A DNA stretch of 64,000 bases, from contig CAVZWZ010000008.1 in assembly GCA_963779195.1 (NCBI GenBank), forward strand, positions 431,289 to 495,288, given 5' to 3'. The notes under the pieces are model-generated. The model was not told where the DNA came from, searched no databases, and was given only the letters and a program-made list of their open reading frames with translations. The DNA is from an uncultured Alphaproteobacteria bacterium. GTDB taxonomy: Bacteria; Pseudomonadota; Alphaproteobacteria; Sphingomonadales; Sphingomonadaceae. The position numbers and the translations under genes were made by a program. Below are positions 38,801-48,651 of this stretch, in pieces (positions within the stretch are counted from its first letter, which is position 1; each line of letters begins with the position of its first letter).

Positions 38801-40768
38801 ATGACCGACAAAGACCAAGAGTTCGACGCCCTGCACGATCTGCAAGGCCAGGCCGGCGCCATCGAGGACCTGCTCGCGGCGCGCGGCGCCTTCGAGCAAG
38901 CCTATGCCGCCTTCCGCGCCGAAAGCCCCGAAAAGTTCCAGGCGGTGCTCGCCAAGGCCAAACTGCAAATCCATTGCGAGCGCATCTGCCACTGGATCCG
39001 CACCAAGGAATGCGTGTTCCTCTGCCTCGATCTCGCCGGGCCGCCGGTCGCCTTCGAACGCGCGCCCGATCCGCGCGTGCTGGCCAAGGCGATCGCCAAG
39101 CTGGGCGAGGACGACAGACTGCTCCAGCGGGTCGCCGAAATTCTGGTCAAGCGCGACAAGCGCGGCTTTGCCGAGGTGCTCGACAAATTGGGCCTGGTGC
39201 AGCACGCGCATCTGTTCTGCCACTGGCTGTGTGCGATCCGCTACCGGCTGGTGTGCCGCTGGATCTGCCAGGTAGAGCGCTTCGAGCCGCCGGTGCTGTG
39301 GCGCGAGATCAAATTCGCCGCGCAGGCGATCGGCGCGCTGGCGAAGGACGAGGCCGCGTTCAAGGCCGCAGCGGCGGCGTCGGCGGCAGGCGACAGCGTG
39401 AAACTGGCCGGCGCGGTGCGCCAGGCCGGGCTGCTGATCCGCTGCCACTGGGTCTGCGAATTCTTCTGCTCATGGCGCTGCGTGCTCGCCTGCCTGCATC
39501 TGTCCCGCCGCTTCCCCTTCCAGCCAATCGAGGGCGCGGCGCAGATCAAGGAGGCGCGCGAGTTCGCCGCCATCTCGGTCAGACTGGCGCAGGATCCGGG
39601 CTCGCTGATGCAGCTCAGCGCCGCAGTCGGCGCGGGCGATGCCGAGAAATGGGCGGTGCTGCTCAAGAAGTTCAAGCTCGAACGCTTCGCCTTCCAGCTG
39701 TGCCACTGGATCTGCGGCTGGCGCTGCTACCGCTTCTGCCACCGGGTCTGCATCGACATCGACTATCACCCGTGGTTCACCCATATCGGCCACTTCACCA
39801 TCACCGGCGACATCTCGCCGGCGACCGGGCTGACCAACGGGCCCAAGCTCGGCCACGGCGGGCCGAACTACGGCTTCCGGGGCGGGCTCAGCCTGCGCGG
39901 GTTCTGCCCGAAATACGACCCGGCGCATCCGGCCGAACGCATGGCCTACCGCTTTCTGTTCCATCCAGCGGGCGCACCCGCGCCGGTGCCGATCACCGGC
40001 GGCTTCGTCCACGAGGTCTCGGTCGGCACCCGCAAGGCGCTGTGGAACGGCAATTGGGAACAGCAGGATGTCATCATCCGCGGCGCCGGGGGAACCTCGC
40101 CGACCCCGCCGGTGCCCGGCCCCGGGCTGTTCCCGCCGCCACACTTCATCGAGCCCGACGCCAAGGGCTGGGTGACGGTTGACCTCGACGCGGCGGATGC
40201 GGCGTTCAACGGCTATCTGATGGGCTTCGCCTCGGCTGTCGCCATTCCCGGCGGCCCGGCAGCCACCACCGTCGCCGCCGGCACTGCGGTTCCCGCCGCC
40301 GAACAGAAGAACGGCGCGGACTGCGCCATCATCTACCAGGCGACGCGGACCGGCACGATCGCCGCAGTCAACGGCGGCGCGGCGCCCGACTACACCAACA
40401 TGGTCGGCAAGGTGCGGATCAACAACTGGAACGAGGTTGCCTTGCTCGATCTCCTGCAGTTCCACAGCGGCGGCGGCACCTCCTGCTCGCCGCTGTCGAG
40501 CGCGCTGGATATCGAATATACCGTCGATCACGAGCTGATCGCGGCGTGGAGCGTCGGCCTGTCCTCGGCCTCGGGCATGACCCTGACCAGCCCGCCGCCG
40601 CCGCCGCAAACCGCGCGAGGCGGGGCGGGGACGCACCATGAGAACATCTCGGCCTGGCCGACCTGTTCCTACACGGTGACGCTGTCCACCCGGATGCGGC
40701 TGACCGACGGGATCGTGGACGATTCCGGCAGGACCTTGCCGAAGACCTTCTGCATCGGCCGGCGTTAG
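38801..40768 (+). CDS. hypothetical 655-aa protein: four Cys-ladder repeats + beta-rich C-terminal region
   Basis: Long ORF with host-like codon usage, own terminator and four ~80-aa repeats each ending in C-x3-C ladders containing CHW. Confidence 0.85.
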   Translation: MTDKDQEFDALHDLQGQAGAIEDLLAARGAFEQAYAAFRAESPEKFQAVLAKAKLQIHCERICHWIRTKECVFLCLDLAGPPVAFERAPDPRVLAKAIAKLGEDDRLLQRVAEILVKRDKRGFAEVLDKLGLVQHAHLFCHWLCAIRYRLVCRWICQVERFEPPVLWREIKFAAQAIGALAKDEAAFKAAAAASAAGDSVKLAGAVRQAGLLIRCHWVCEFFCSWRCVLACLHLSRRFPFQPIEGAAQIKEAREFAAISVRLAQDPGSLMQLSAAVGAGDAEKWAVLLKKFKLERFAFQLCHWICGWRCYRFCHRVCIDIDYHPWFTHIGHFTITGDISPATGLTNGPKLGHGGPNYGFRGGLSLRGFCPKYDPAHPAERMAYRFLFHPAGAPAPVPITGGFVHEVSVGTRKALWNGNWEQQDVIIRGAGGTSPTPPVPGPGLFPPPHFIEPDAKGWVTVDLDAADAAFNGYLMGFASAVAIPGGPAATTVAAGTAVPAAEQKNGADCAIIYQATRTGTIAAVNGGAAPDYTNMVGKVRINNWNEVALLDLLQFHSGGGTSCSPLSSALDIEYTVDHELIAAWSVGLSSASGMTLTSPPPPPQTARGGAGTHHENISAWPTCSYTVTLSTRMRLTDGIVDDSGRTLPKTFCIGRR

Positions 40769-40799
40769 CCCGGGGAGGTCCCGGCAGGGAGAAGGCAAG

Positions 40800-40826
40800 G
40801 GCGGGAGCCGGAAAGCTCCCGCCTTT
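40800..40826. terminator. hairpin terminator between convergent genes
   Basis: GGCGGGAGC-CGGAAA-GCTCCCGCC followed by TTTG. Confidence 0.75.
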
Positions 40827-40842
40827 GCTGTTGGCCTGCCCC

Positions 40843-41760
40843 TCACAAAGTATAAGTCAGCCCCGCGCCGAACATCCATTGCCCCCGCTTGCCGCGCTGG
40901 ACGACGATCGGCGACTTCGCCGCGAAGCCCTTGAGCCTTGTATATTGCGCGCCGACTGCCAGCGCGAAGCCGCCGTCGAGGAAATTGTTGTTGAAGTCGA
41001 AAGCCGCGAGCCCGGCAACCCGCACCGCCTTGATCCCGCCCTTGGCGGTGTAGGCGGGCAGCCCGCTCGCCGCGCTCGCCGCCGCAGTCACGCCGAAGTG
41101 GTAATTGGCGTATTTCCGGTCGGCGAACTCCGCCCCGGCTTCCACGCCGATCGCCTTGCCCTTGCTCAGCGGGGTGAAATATCCCGCCGTGGGCGCGGCG
41201 ACCTTGCCCGCGCCCTTGCCCGAGATGTCCCAGCGGACACTGCCGCCCAGCGAGAGCGAATCGTGCTTGTTGAGCACCCGCTTGATGTCGATCCCGGCGT
41301 TCACCCCCGCCTCGAACACGCCCTTGAGTTTGGGCAGGGCGGCGATGACCGGATCGGGGTTCTGCTTGGTGCGGTTGCCGTTGTATTGCACCGTCGGGCC
41401 AAGGTGAAAGCCCAGCTTGGCGGCCTTCCCGTCCTTGACGAAATCGAAGGTGACGGCGGGCCCCTTGACGGTGAAGCCGACGCCCTTGACCGTGCCGATC
41501 GCGCCTGCGGCCGGCAGCGGATGGATGTCTTTCGAACCTTCGAAGCGCGGCAGGGCGACGACGCCCGCGCCGGCGATCGCATAGTCGCCCTCGAACACCG
41601 AATTCCACGGTTTGGGCAGCTCGCGGTCGGCCAGGCTGTTGGCGCTGCTGGTCAGCTGGTCGGGGTTGAAACCGGTGGCGTCGCTGGCGAGCGTGACCGG
41701 TCCCGGCGGCGATCCCGGGCTGGCGGACAGCATGGCTTGGGCGAGCAGGGTCAGTTGCAT
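40843..41760 (-). CDS. MipA/OmpV family outer membrane protein
   Basis: LPRFEGSKD, ADRKYANYHFGV, GLPAYTAKGG, AAKSPIV, C-terminal beta signal. Confidence 0.88.
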   Translation of the reverse strand: MQLTLLAQAMLSASPGSPPGPVTLASDATGFNPDQLTSSANSLADRELPKPWNSVFEGDYAIAGAGVVALPRFEGSKDIHPLPAAGAIGTVKGVGFTVKGPAVTFDFVKDGKAAKLGFHLGPTVQYNGNRTKQNPDPVIAALPKLKGVFEAGVNAGIDIKRVLNKHDSLSLGGSVRWDISGKGAGKVAAPTAGYFTPLSKGKAIGVEAGAEFADRKYANYHFGVTAAASAASGLPAYTAKGGIKAVRVAGLAAFDFNNNFLDGGFALAVGAQYTRLKGFAAKSPIVVQRGKRGQWMFGAGLTYTL

Positions 41761-41849
41761 GGCGGTTCCGCGACTTCGGCCAGTGCCGCCGGTTAGCTCA
41801 CCTCAGGCAGCAGGCCAAGTTTCCCACCCGTGCTAACTGTTGAAACCTT

Positions 41850-42686
41850 TCAGAAGATATATGCGAACCCGCCGCCGAACAGCCACTGGCTGTCCTTGCC
41901 CCGGATCCGCGTCACCGGACTGGCCGCAGCGCTGCCGTAAAGATGCGAATACATCGCGCCGACCGCTGCGGCGAGGCCGCCGTTGAGGAAATCGCCGTCG
42001 AGATCGCGCGCGGTGAAGACGCCGAGGTTCCAGTCCTTGAAGCCGCCCCGCGCGTCGTAGACCGGCAGCCCGCTGGCGGCCGCGCCGGCGGGGGTGACCG
42101 AAAAATTGTAGCGGGCATAGCGCGCATCGATGAAATTGGCGGTCGCGGCCAGGCCGATCACCTGCGCGCGGCTGACGGGGGTGAGGTAGCTCACTCCCGG
42201 CGAGACGATATAGCCGCTGCCGCGCCCCGAGATATCCCAGCGAACATCAACGCTGAGGCTCAGCGAATCGTGCGGATTGAGCACCCGCTTGATTGCCACG
42301 CCCGCAGTCGCCCCGCCTTCGACCACGCCCTTCAGCTTGCCGAGTTTGGCGACAACCTCGTCGCGGGTGTTTCCGCTGCGGTTGGTGCGGTAGCGCAGCA
42401 CCGGGCCGAGGGTGAGGCCGACGCGCTCGTCCGAATCGGGCACGATGTCGAGCGCAATGCCCGCCGCGCGCGGATTGATCGCGATCCCGCCGATCCGCCC
42501 GGCGACGCCCGCAGCGGGAATGACCGAGAGGCTGTCCGACCCTTCATAGCTTGGCACGGCCACAGGCCCCGCGCCGACAATCAGGAAATCGCCATCGAAC
42601 ACGCTTTTGTCGGGCGCGATGGCCGGCGCTTCCTGCGCAGCGGCGGGAACGGCGGCGAGGGAGAGCAGGAGGATCAGGCGGCGCAT
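41850..42686 (-). CDS. MipA/OmpV family outer membrane protein (tandem paralog)
   Basis: Signal peptide; PSYEGSD, YARYNFSV, GLPVYDARGG, AAASPV, YIF end. Confidence 0.9.
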   Translation of the reverse strand: MRRLILLLSLAAVPAAAQEAPAIAPDKSVFDGDFLIVGAGPVAVPSYEGSDSLSVIPAAGVAGRIGGIAINPRAAGIALDIVPDSDERVGLTLGPVLRYRTNRSGNTRDEVVAKLGKLKGVVEGGATAGVAIKRVLNPHDSLSLSVDVRWDISGRGSGYIVSPGVSYLTPVSRAQVIGLAATANFIDARYARYNFSVTPAGAAASGLPVYDARGGFKDWNLGVFTARDLDGDFLNGGLAAAVGAMYSHLYGSAAASPVTRIRGKDSQWLFGGGFAYIF

Positions 42687-42735
42687 GCTGCCCGGTATAG
42701 CGGTTTTGCATGGGTCTCCAAGCGGTTGCCGGAAC

Positions 42736-44199
42736 TCATGCGGCCGGCGGCGGCGGTGCGCCGGGAATGCGCAGCGTCATGCCGATGGCGATGTCGTCGG
42801 GATTGTCGATCCTGTCGCGGTTGGCGGCGAAGATCTCGCGCCAGCGCGCGGCGTCGCCGAAATGCTGCCGGGCGAGCTTGTGGAGCGTGTCGCCACGCTG
42901 CACGGTGTGCTCGGCCAGCGGGGCTGCGGCCAGCTGCCCCGGTGCAAACGGCCAGGCCGCGATCGCCTGCGCGGCATCGGCCAGCGTCCTGGGCCGATAG
43001 GGTCTGGCGCCAGGCAGCTCGCCGGGCGCGGCATACCAGCGGCGCAGGGCCGCCAGCGCGAGTTCGTCGAGCGAGGCCGGGCCCTTGCGCGGCCGCTGGA
43101 ACAGCCGCCGCAGCCAGATCAGCGGCGGCCGGTCGGCGATGCCCCGCGCCGATTCGTTGCGCAGCTCGTCCAAGGGGTTGCGGGTCAGGCTGTAGACCGG
43201 GCTGGTGTCGCTGGTGCGGATATCGAGCCCCGCCGCGCGCGCTCCCCACAGCACCCAGGCCAGCGCCTCGTCCGACAGCCCGCGCCGGCTGCCGCCGCCG
43301 CCGACCGCGCCGTGCACGCCGGGGAACCAGCGTTCCTGATAGGGCAGCTCCCAGTCGTCGAGCGGCGGCCGCCGTTCATTGCTCCGCTTCGTCTGTTCGA
43401 AACCATTGAGCTCGCGCACCTTGTCGCGGCCCAGCAGCGTCGGGCGGAAGGTCACGCGGGGCTCGTCGATGGCGACGGCATGGCGGGCGGATTTGACCTT
43501 GCTGGTCAGCACTGCGTCGTGGAAGGCATAGCGGCGGTTGAACCACGCCGAGCCGGGGATGAATTCGGGAATGCCCAGCGCCCGCACCGTGTCCCATACG
43601 CCGACGAAGCGGATGTCGAGGATCGGCAGGCTGGCCGGGTCGTAACCGGCGGGATGGCTGCCTTTGCCGTCGCCTGAGGCGAAAGTCGCGATGCGATAGG
43701 CGCGGTCGTCCTCGCTGACGCAGATGCCGGTGCAATGGGCCTCGCGGAACTTGAGCCCGTCGAGCGATTCCATCCCGCGCATCTTGGCGGGGGCCTTGCG
43801 GTAGATCTCGATCGCTTTTTCGATCTGCGAAGCGCTGACCGCATCGAGGATGCCGGCATGGCGGATGAAGCCGGCAAACGAGCGCGCGGTATAGGCCCCG
43901 CGCGAAAAGCCGAAGGCGAAGATTTCGTCGCCGGGCGCATAGTTGAAGATCAGGAAGCGATAGGCCTCGGCGATGATCTGCATCATCCCGTGGCCCAACG
44001 CGCCGCGCATCAGCTTGGTCAGCTTGTTTTCGGTGCCGATGCCTTCGTCGTAATAGACCAGCTGCGGCGTGCCGTCGCGCGCGGTCGGTTCGATCATCTG
44101 GGCGATGCGCACGACATTGGTCGGGCAATCGGCGGCGAGCCGGTTCCAGGTGCCGTCGAAGCAGAACACCAGCCGTTTGGGTTTGCGCGGCTCGGTCAT
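42736..44199 (-). CDS. DUF2235 (Tle1-like alpha/beta hydrolase) fused to a C-terminal LysM domain
   Basis: FCFDGTWN, YYDEGIGT, GFSRGAYTAR, GVWDTV, WFPGVHGAVGGG; LysM HTVQRGDTLHKLA...WREIFAANRDRIDNPDDIAIGMTLRIP. Confidence 0.92.
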   Translation of the reverse strand: MTEPRKPKRLVFCFDGTWNRLAADCPTNVVRIAQMIEPTARDGTPQLVYYDEGIGTENKLTKLMRGALGHGMMQIIAEAYRFLIFNYAPGDEIFAFGFSRGAYTARSFAGFIRHAGILDAVSASQIEKAIEIYRKAPAKMRGMESLDGLKFREAHCTGICVSEDDRAYRIATFASGDGKGSHPAGYDPASLPILDIRFVGVWDTVRALGIPEFIPGSAWFNRRYAFHDAVLTSKVKSARHAVAIDEPRVTFRPTLLGRDKVRELNGFEQTKRSNERRPPLDDWELPYQERWFPGVHGAVGGGGSRRGLSDEALAWVLWGARAAGLDIRTSDTSPVYSLTRNPLDELRNESARGIADRPPLIWLRRLFQRPRKGPASLDELALAALRRWYAAPGELPGARPYRPRTLADAAQAIAAWPFAPGQLAAAPLAEHTVQRGDTLHKLARQHFGDAARWREIFAANRDRIDNPDDIAIGMTLRIPGAPPPPAA

Positions 44200-44228
44200 C
44201 GGCGGGCTCCCTTCGGACATGGCGGGCG

Positions 44229-44816
44229 CTATCCGCCCGCCTGCCACAGCCTCACTGCATCCACCGGCCACACCAGCATCAGAATGTTTAACGAAAGGTT
44301 ATCGCGGATCATCGCCAGGGTGAACAGCTCGAACAGCACGGTCAGCCCCGCGCTGGCCCAGGCGGCGATGCGGCTGGCCAGCCAGAAGCCCAGCACCATC
44401 CAGCCGATGTCGGCCATCGAATTGAGGATCGAATCGCCCGAATAGCCGAAGCTGACGGTCACCGCGCGGTAGCGGTCGATGATCATCGGCGAGTTCTCCA
44501 GCAGTTCCCAGCTCGCCTCCAGCGCCACCGCGATCGGCAGCGCCCAGCGCGCCAGGATGCCGTCGAAGATGTTCCAGCGCCGCCACAGCAGATGCGCCGC
44601 GCCATAGAACAGCAGCCCGTGGATGATGTGGCTGAAGCTATACCAGTCGGCGATGTGCTGGCTGTTCTCCGACGATTCCACCGCGCCCCACCACAGCTTG
44701 ACCGTGCCGCACTCGCAGATCGGCGGGCGCTGCATGGCGAACAGGATGAAAGCGCAATAGGCCCAGATTAGCGCCGCGAGGATCGCCGCGCGGCGGGTGG
44801 GGAGCAGGCTGGTCAT
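44229..44816 (-). CDS. DUF2585 (UPF0314) membrane protein
   Basis: RPPICECG, NSQHIADWYSFSHIIHG, WELLENSP, YSGDSILNS, IRDNLSLN. Confidence 0.93.
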   Translation of the reverse strand: MTSLLPTRRAAILAALIWAYCAFILFAMQRPPICECGTVKLWWGAVESSENSQHIADWYSFSHIIHGLLFYGAAHLLWRRWNIFDGILARWALPIAVALEASWELLENSPMIIDRYRAVTVSFGYSGDSILNSMADIGWMVLGFWLASRIAAWASAGLTVLFELFTLAMIRDNLSLNILMLVWPVDAVRLWQAGG

Positions 44817-45023
44817 GGGTGTCCGGACCTCTCGAACGAAGTGCAATTGCGCGCAGCGGCATGGGCGGGGCGAGCGATGACAGCGGCAGACATTGACGGG
44901 ATTGATGAAGCAAATGCTAACGCCTGCCAAGCTCAGCCGTTGCGGCCTTGCGCCCAAGCGCCTAAGTCACGCCGCGATGCACGGGCGTGAAAGCGAATAT
45001 GCCGGAATGACGGAGCGCGGAGC

Positions 45024-46514
45024 ATGAGCCGCGTCTGTGTGATCGGCGCGGGGCTGGGCGGACTGTCGCTCGCCATCCGCCTGCAGAGCTCGGGAATCGA
45101 GACCGTGCTGGTCGAAGCGCGCGGCGAACCCGGCGGACATGCCGCTGCGGTGGTCCGCGAGGGCTTCACCTTCGATGCGGGTCCGTCCGATCCGGGCGAT
45201 CCCGCCGCCTTCGCCGAGCTGTGGCAGCTGGCCGGGCACGACATGGCCGGGGATGTCGAACTGCTGCCGGTCGAGCCGCTGTGGCGGCTCAAATGGACCG
45301 ATGGCGGCTCGCTCGACATTTCGCGGGACGAGGCTGCGATGCGCCGTGAGATCGCCCGCATCGCGCCGGACGACGCGGCGGGCTATGAAGAGTTCCTGCG
45401 CTGGGCCGGCCAGGCGATCAAGGATGGCGCAGATGGGCGGCTGTTGCCACCCGGCGCCGGTCTTGCCGCCATCGCCAAGGCCGCGCCGATGCTCGCCCGC
45501 TATCAGGCCTGGCGGCCGGTCTACAGCCTGGTGTCGGGCTACGTGAAGAGCGAGAAGCTGCGCGAGGCGTTTACCGTGCAGGCGCTGATGGCCGGGGCCA
45601 ATCCGATGAAGGCGAGCGGCCTGCAGGCGCTGGCCCACAAGCGCGAGATCGCCAGCGGCGTGTGGTGGCCCAAGGGCGGCATGCACCGGCTGCCCGCCGC
45701 GCTGGCAAAGCTTTACGAGCGGATCGGCGGCAGGCTGCTGCTGCACGATCCGGTGCTGCATATCCACACGCTGGGCGACCGCGCCAGCGAAGTCGAAACT
45801 GTCAGCGGCTGGCGCGAGCGCTTCGATGCCGTCGCCAGCAATGCCGATCTGGTCCACAGCTACCGCGACTTGCTGGCCGGCAGCGAGCGCGGGCCGGAGA
45901 TGGCGCGCCGGCTGATCCGCCAGCGCTTCTCGCCCGGACTGTTCACCGTCCACTTCGGCCTCGAAGGCAGCTGGCCGGGAATCCCGCACAACAGCGTGCT
46001 GTTCGGGCCGCGCTACAAGGGGCTGCTCGAGGACATCTTCGAACACGGCGTGCTGCCGCGCGACCAGATCATCTTCCTCCAGCACCCCACCGTTACCGAT
46101 CCAACCGTCGCGCCGCCGGGCAAGAGCACCTTCCGCGCGACGATCCCCGTCGCCAACCAGGCCAAGCTGCCGATCGACTGGGACCAGTCCGGACCCTTGA
46201 TCGAGCGGCGCATCCTCGAGGAAGTCGGACGCAGGCTGATCCCCGACATCGATGATCGCATCGCGGTCAAATTCCACACCGCCCCGCGCGATGCCGCGCT
46301 GGAGCTCAGCAGCTGGGCGGGCAGCGGCTTCGGGCTCGAGCCGGTGCTGGGGCAGAGCCTGTTGCTGCGCCTGCCGGTCCGCGACGCCAGGATCCGCAAC
46401 CTCTATTTCGCCGGCGCGGGCATCCAGCCGGGCGGCGGGGTGGCGGGCGCGCTGGCCAGCGCGAAGGCGGCGGCGAAGCAGATGCAGGACGATCTGCGCG
46501 AAGGGCGGGCATGA
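45024..46514 (+). CDS. crtI: CrtI-family phytoene desaturase-like protein (divergent)
   Basis: VIGAGLGGLSLAIRLQ, GFTFDAGP, GVWWPKGG, FDAVASNAD, LFGPRYKGLL, NLYFAGAG. Confidence 0.8.
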   Translation: MSRVCVIGAGLGGLSLAIRLQSSGIETVLVEARGEPGGHAAAVVREGFTFDAGPSDPGDPAAFAELWQLAGHDMAGDVELLPVEPLWRLKWTDGGSLDISRDEAAMRREIARIAPDDAAGYEEFLRWAGQAIKDGADGRLLPPGAGLAAIAKAAPMLARYQAWRPVYSLVSGYVKSEKLREAFTVQALMAGANPMKASGLQALAHKREIASGVWWPKGGMHRLPAALAKLYERIGGRLLLHDPVLHIHTLGDRASEVETVSGWRERFDAVASNADLVHSYRDLLAGSERGPEMARRLIRQRFSPGLFTVHFGLEGSWPGIPHNSVLFGPRYKGLLEDIFEHGVLPRDQIIFLQHPTVTDPTVAPPGKSTFRATIPVANQAKLPIDWDQSGPLIERRILEEVGRRLIPDIDDRIAVKFHTAPRDAALELSSWAGSGFGLEPVLGQSLLLRLPVRDARIRNLYFAGAGIQPGGGVAGALASAKAAAKQMQDDLREGRA

Positions 46515-46524
46515 GGGGGCAGGC

Positions 46525-47106
46525 ATGAAGCGCGTCGCGGTTTATTGCGGCTCCGCCACGCCCGCCGACCCGCGCTTTATCGCGCTGGCGCGCGGCGTCG
46601 GCGACACGCTGGCGCGGCGCGGCATCGGCGTGGTCTACGGCGGCGGCCGGCTGGGGCTGATGGGCGCGGTGGCGGGCGCGGCGCTGGCGGCGGGCGGCGA
46701 AGTGATCGGCGTGATCCCCGAGGCGCTGGCCGGGCTCGAAGTCGCCAACCACGATTGCACCGAGCTGCGCGTGGTCGCGGGCATGCATGAGCGCAAGCTG
46801 GCCTTCACCGAGCTGTCCGACGGGTTCCTCACCCTGCCCGGCGGCGTCGGCACGATGGACGAGCTGTGGGAAGCGGTCAGCTGGGCGCAGCTCGGCTATC
46901 ACGCCAAGCCGGTCGGGCTGCTCAACGCCTTCGGTTTCTTCGACCAGCTGCTCGCCTTCAACCGGCATATGGCCGAGGTGGGCTTCGTCCGCGAGGCGCA
47001 TCAGGGCATCATCATGGCCGAGCATGACCTCGATCTGCTGCTGGCGCGCATGGCGGCGCATGAGGCGGTGGTGCCGATTGTCGGGATGAAGGCGGCGGAG
47101 TTGTGA
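46525..47106 (+). CDS. LOG family protein (TIGR00730)
   Basis: VAVYCGS, VYGGGRLGLMG, MHERK, LPGGVGTMDELWE. Confidence 0.95.
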   Translation: MKRVAVYCGSATPADPRFIALARGVGDTLARRGIGVVYGGGRLGLMGAVAGAALAAGGEVIGVIPEALAGLEVANHDCTELRVVAGMHERKLAFTELSDGFLTLPGGVGTMDELWEAVSWAQLGYHAKPVGLLNAFGFFDQLLAFNRHMAEVGFVREAHQGIIMAEHDLDLLLARMAAHEAVVPIVGMKAAEL

Positions 47107-47252
47107 GTAAGCAGCGAGCTGGGTCGGCATGTGTTGAAGTGAGCACGCTGAGGCGAAGTCCAGAAAGAGGTGGTAACAAAACGTGCCCATACCGCAAACC
47201 GGCAAATGTATGCGATTAATAGAAGACGGCTGAATTCGGATGAGGACAGCCA

Positions 47253-47504
47253 ATGACCCAGATCGAAAAACTCTACGCCAAACTCGTCGCCAACCGCACC
47301 GCGATGCGATTTCGCGACTTTCAGCGCATCCTTGCAGCTTTCGGATTTGTGCTGGACCGGGTCAATGGCAGCCATCACCAATACAGGCATCCGCTTGCCA
47401 CGCGCCCGCTCAGCATTCAGCCCAAGGGCAATATGGCAAAGCCCTATCAAGTGGACCAATTTCTCGATATAGTGGAGGAATTCGGACTTAAGCTGGCAGA
47501 GTGA
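47253..47504 (+). CDS. HicA family toxin
   Basis: FRDFQRILAAFGF...NGSHHQYRHP...IQPKGNMAKPYQV. Confidence 0.9.
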   Translation: MTQIEKLYAKLVANRTAMRFRDFQRILAAFGFVLDRVNGSHHQYRHPLATRPLSIQPKGNMAKPYQVDQFLDIVEEFGLKLAE

Positions 47505-47725
47505 TGGAACAGCGCTACCACATCAATCTATTCTGGTCCCCGCGCGACGAGTGCTGGGTCGCGGACGTTCCCGATCTGAAATCCTGTGCCGCTTTTGGCG
47601 ATACGCCGGAAGAAGCGGTGGCCGAAGCGCGCATTGCCATCGAAGGCTGGGTGGAGACCGCGCGAGCCAATAATATGGTCGTTCCCGAAGCCCGCTACCG
47701 CCCGGCAATCTACGCGGCGGCGTAA
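47504..47725 (+). CDS. HicB family antitoxin (short)
   Basis: YHINLFWS..DECWVADVPDLKSCAAFGDTPEEAV...W. Confidence 0.9.
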   Translation: MEQRYHINLFWSPRDECWVADVPDLKSCAAFGDTPEEAVAEARIAIEGWVETARANNMVVPEARYRPAIYAAA

Positions 47726-47730
47726 CCGCT

Positions 47731-48645
47731 CTATCCGCCCCCGTGATCGCCGCGCCCGAAGTCGGGCCGGGCATCGTCCTGGCCTTCTGCGATGATCGAG
47801 CGGCGGATGGCGCGGGTGCGGCTGAAGTGGTCGAACAGCGCCTCGCCGTCGCCCACCCTTATCGCGCGTTGCAATGCGGTCATGTCCTCGGTGAAGCGCT
47901 GGAGCATTTCCAGCACCGCTTCCTTGTTGGCGAGGAACACGTCGCGCCACATCGTCGGGTCGGAGGCGGCGATGCGGGTGAAATCGCGGAAACCGCCGGC
48001 GGAATATTTGATCACTTCGCTCTGCGTCACCTGCTCCAGGTCCGAAGCAGTGCCGACGATGGTATAAGCGATGAGGTGCGGCAGATGGCTGGTCACCGCC
48101 AGCACCAGATCGTGGTGCTGGGCGTCCATGATTTCGACATTGGCGCCGAGCGCCTCCCAGAACTGCACCAGCCCGGCGAGCAGATCCGGATCGGCATCGG
48201 CCGGCGGCGTGACGATGCACCAGCGGTTGTGGAACAGCGCGGCGAAACCGGCATCGGGGCCGGAGTTCTCGGTTCCCGCCACCGGATGCGCGGGGATCAC
48301 CGCGTGGCCGGGCAAGGCCTCGCCCAGCGCCTGGGCGATCGACTGTTTGCACGAGCCGACATCGCTGACCAGCGCGCCCTTGGGCAGGGCATCGGCGATC
48401 TCCCGCGCCGCCTCGCCCATCGCGCCGGGGGGCACGCAGAAAATGACCAGATCGGCCTCGCGCACCGCTTCGGCGGCGGTTTCGCAAATTGTGTCGGCAA
48501 GCCCGCGCTCGCCCGCGCGCTGGCGGGTGGCGGGATCTCGATCATAGCCGGCGGTCGCGGCGCCGGGGATATGCTGGCGCACCGCCAGCCCGATCGAGCC
48601 GCCGAGCAGGCCAAGGCCGATGATGGCGATGCGCTGGAAGGTCAT
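47731..48645 (-). CDS. tyrA: prephenate/arogenate dehydrogenase
   Basis: [50 protein letters not shown]. Confidence 0.95.
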   Translation of the reverse strand: MTFQRIAIIGLGLLGGSIGLAVRQHIPGAATAGYDRDPATRQRAGERGLADTICETAAEAVREADLVIFCVPPGAMGEAAREIADALPKGALVSDVGSCKQSIAQALGEALPGHAVIPAHPVAGTENSGPDAGFAALFHNRWCIVTPPADADPDLLAGLVQFWEALGANVEIMDAQHHDLVLAVTSHLPHLIAYTIVGTASDLEQVTQSEVIKYSAGGFRDFTRIAASDPTMWRDVFLANKEAVLEMLQRFTEDMTALQRAIRVGDGEALFDHFSRTRAIRRSIIAEGQDDARPDFGRGDHGGG

Positions 48646-48651
48646 GGTAAG

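Noticed and set aside
47107-47730. Host gene-tail duplication around hicAB (also sought around RHH-ParE-GNAT and after phnA)
   Set aside because: Looked for copies of the LOG, tyrA, P450 and phnA ends by eye and found no convincing match.
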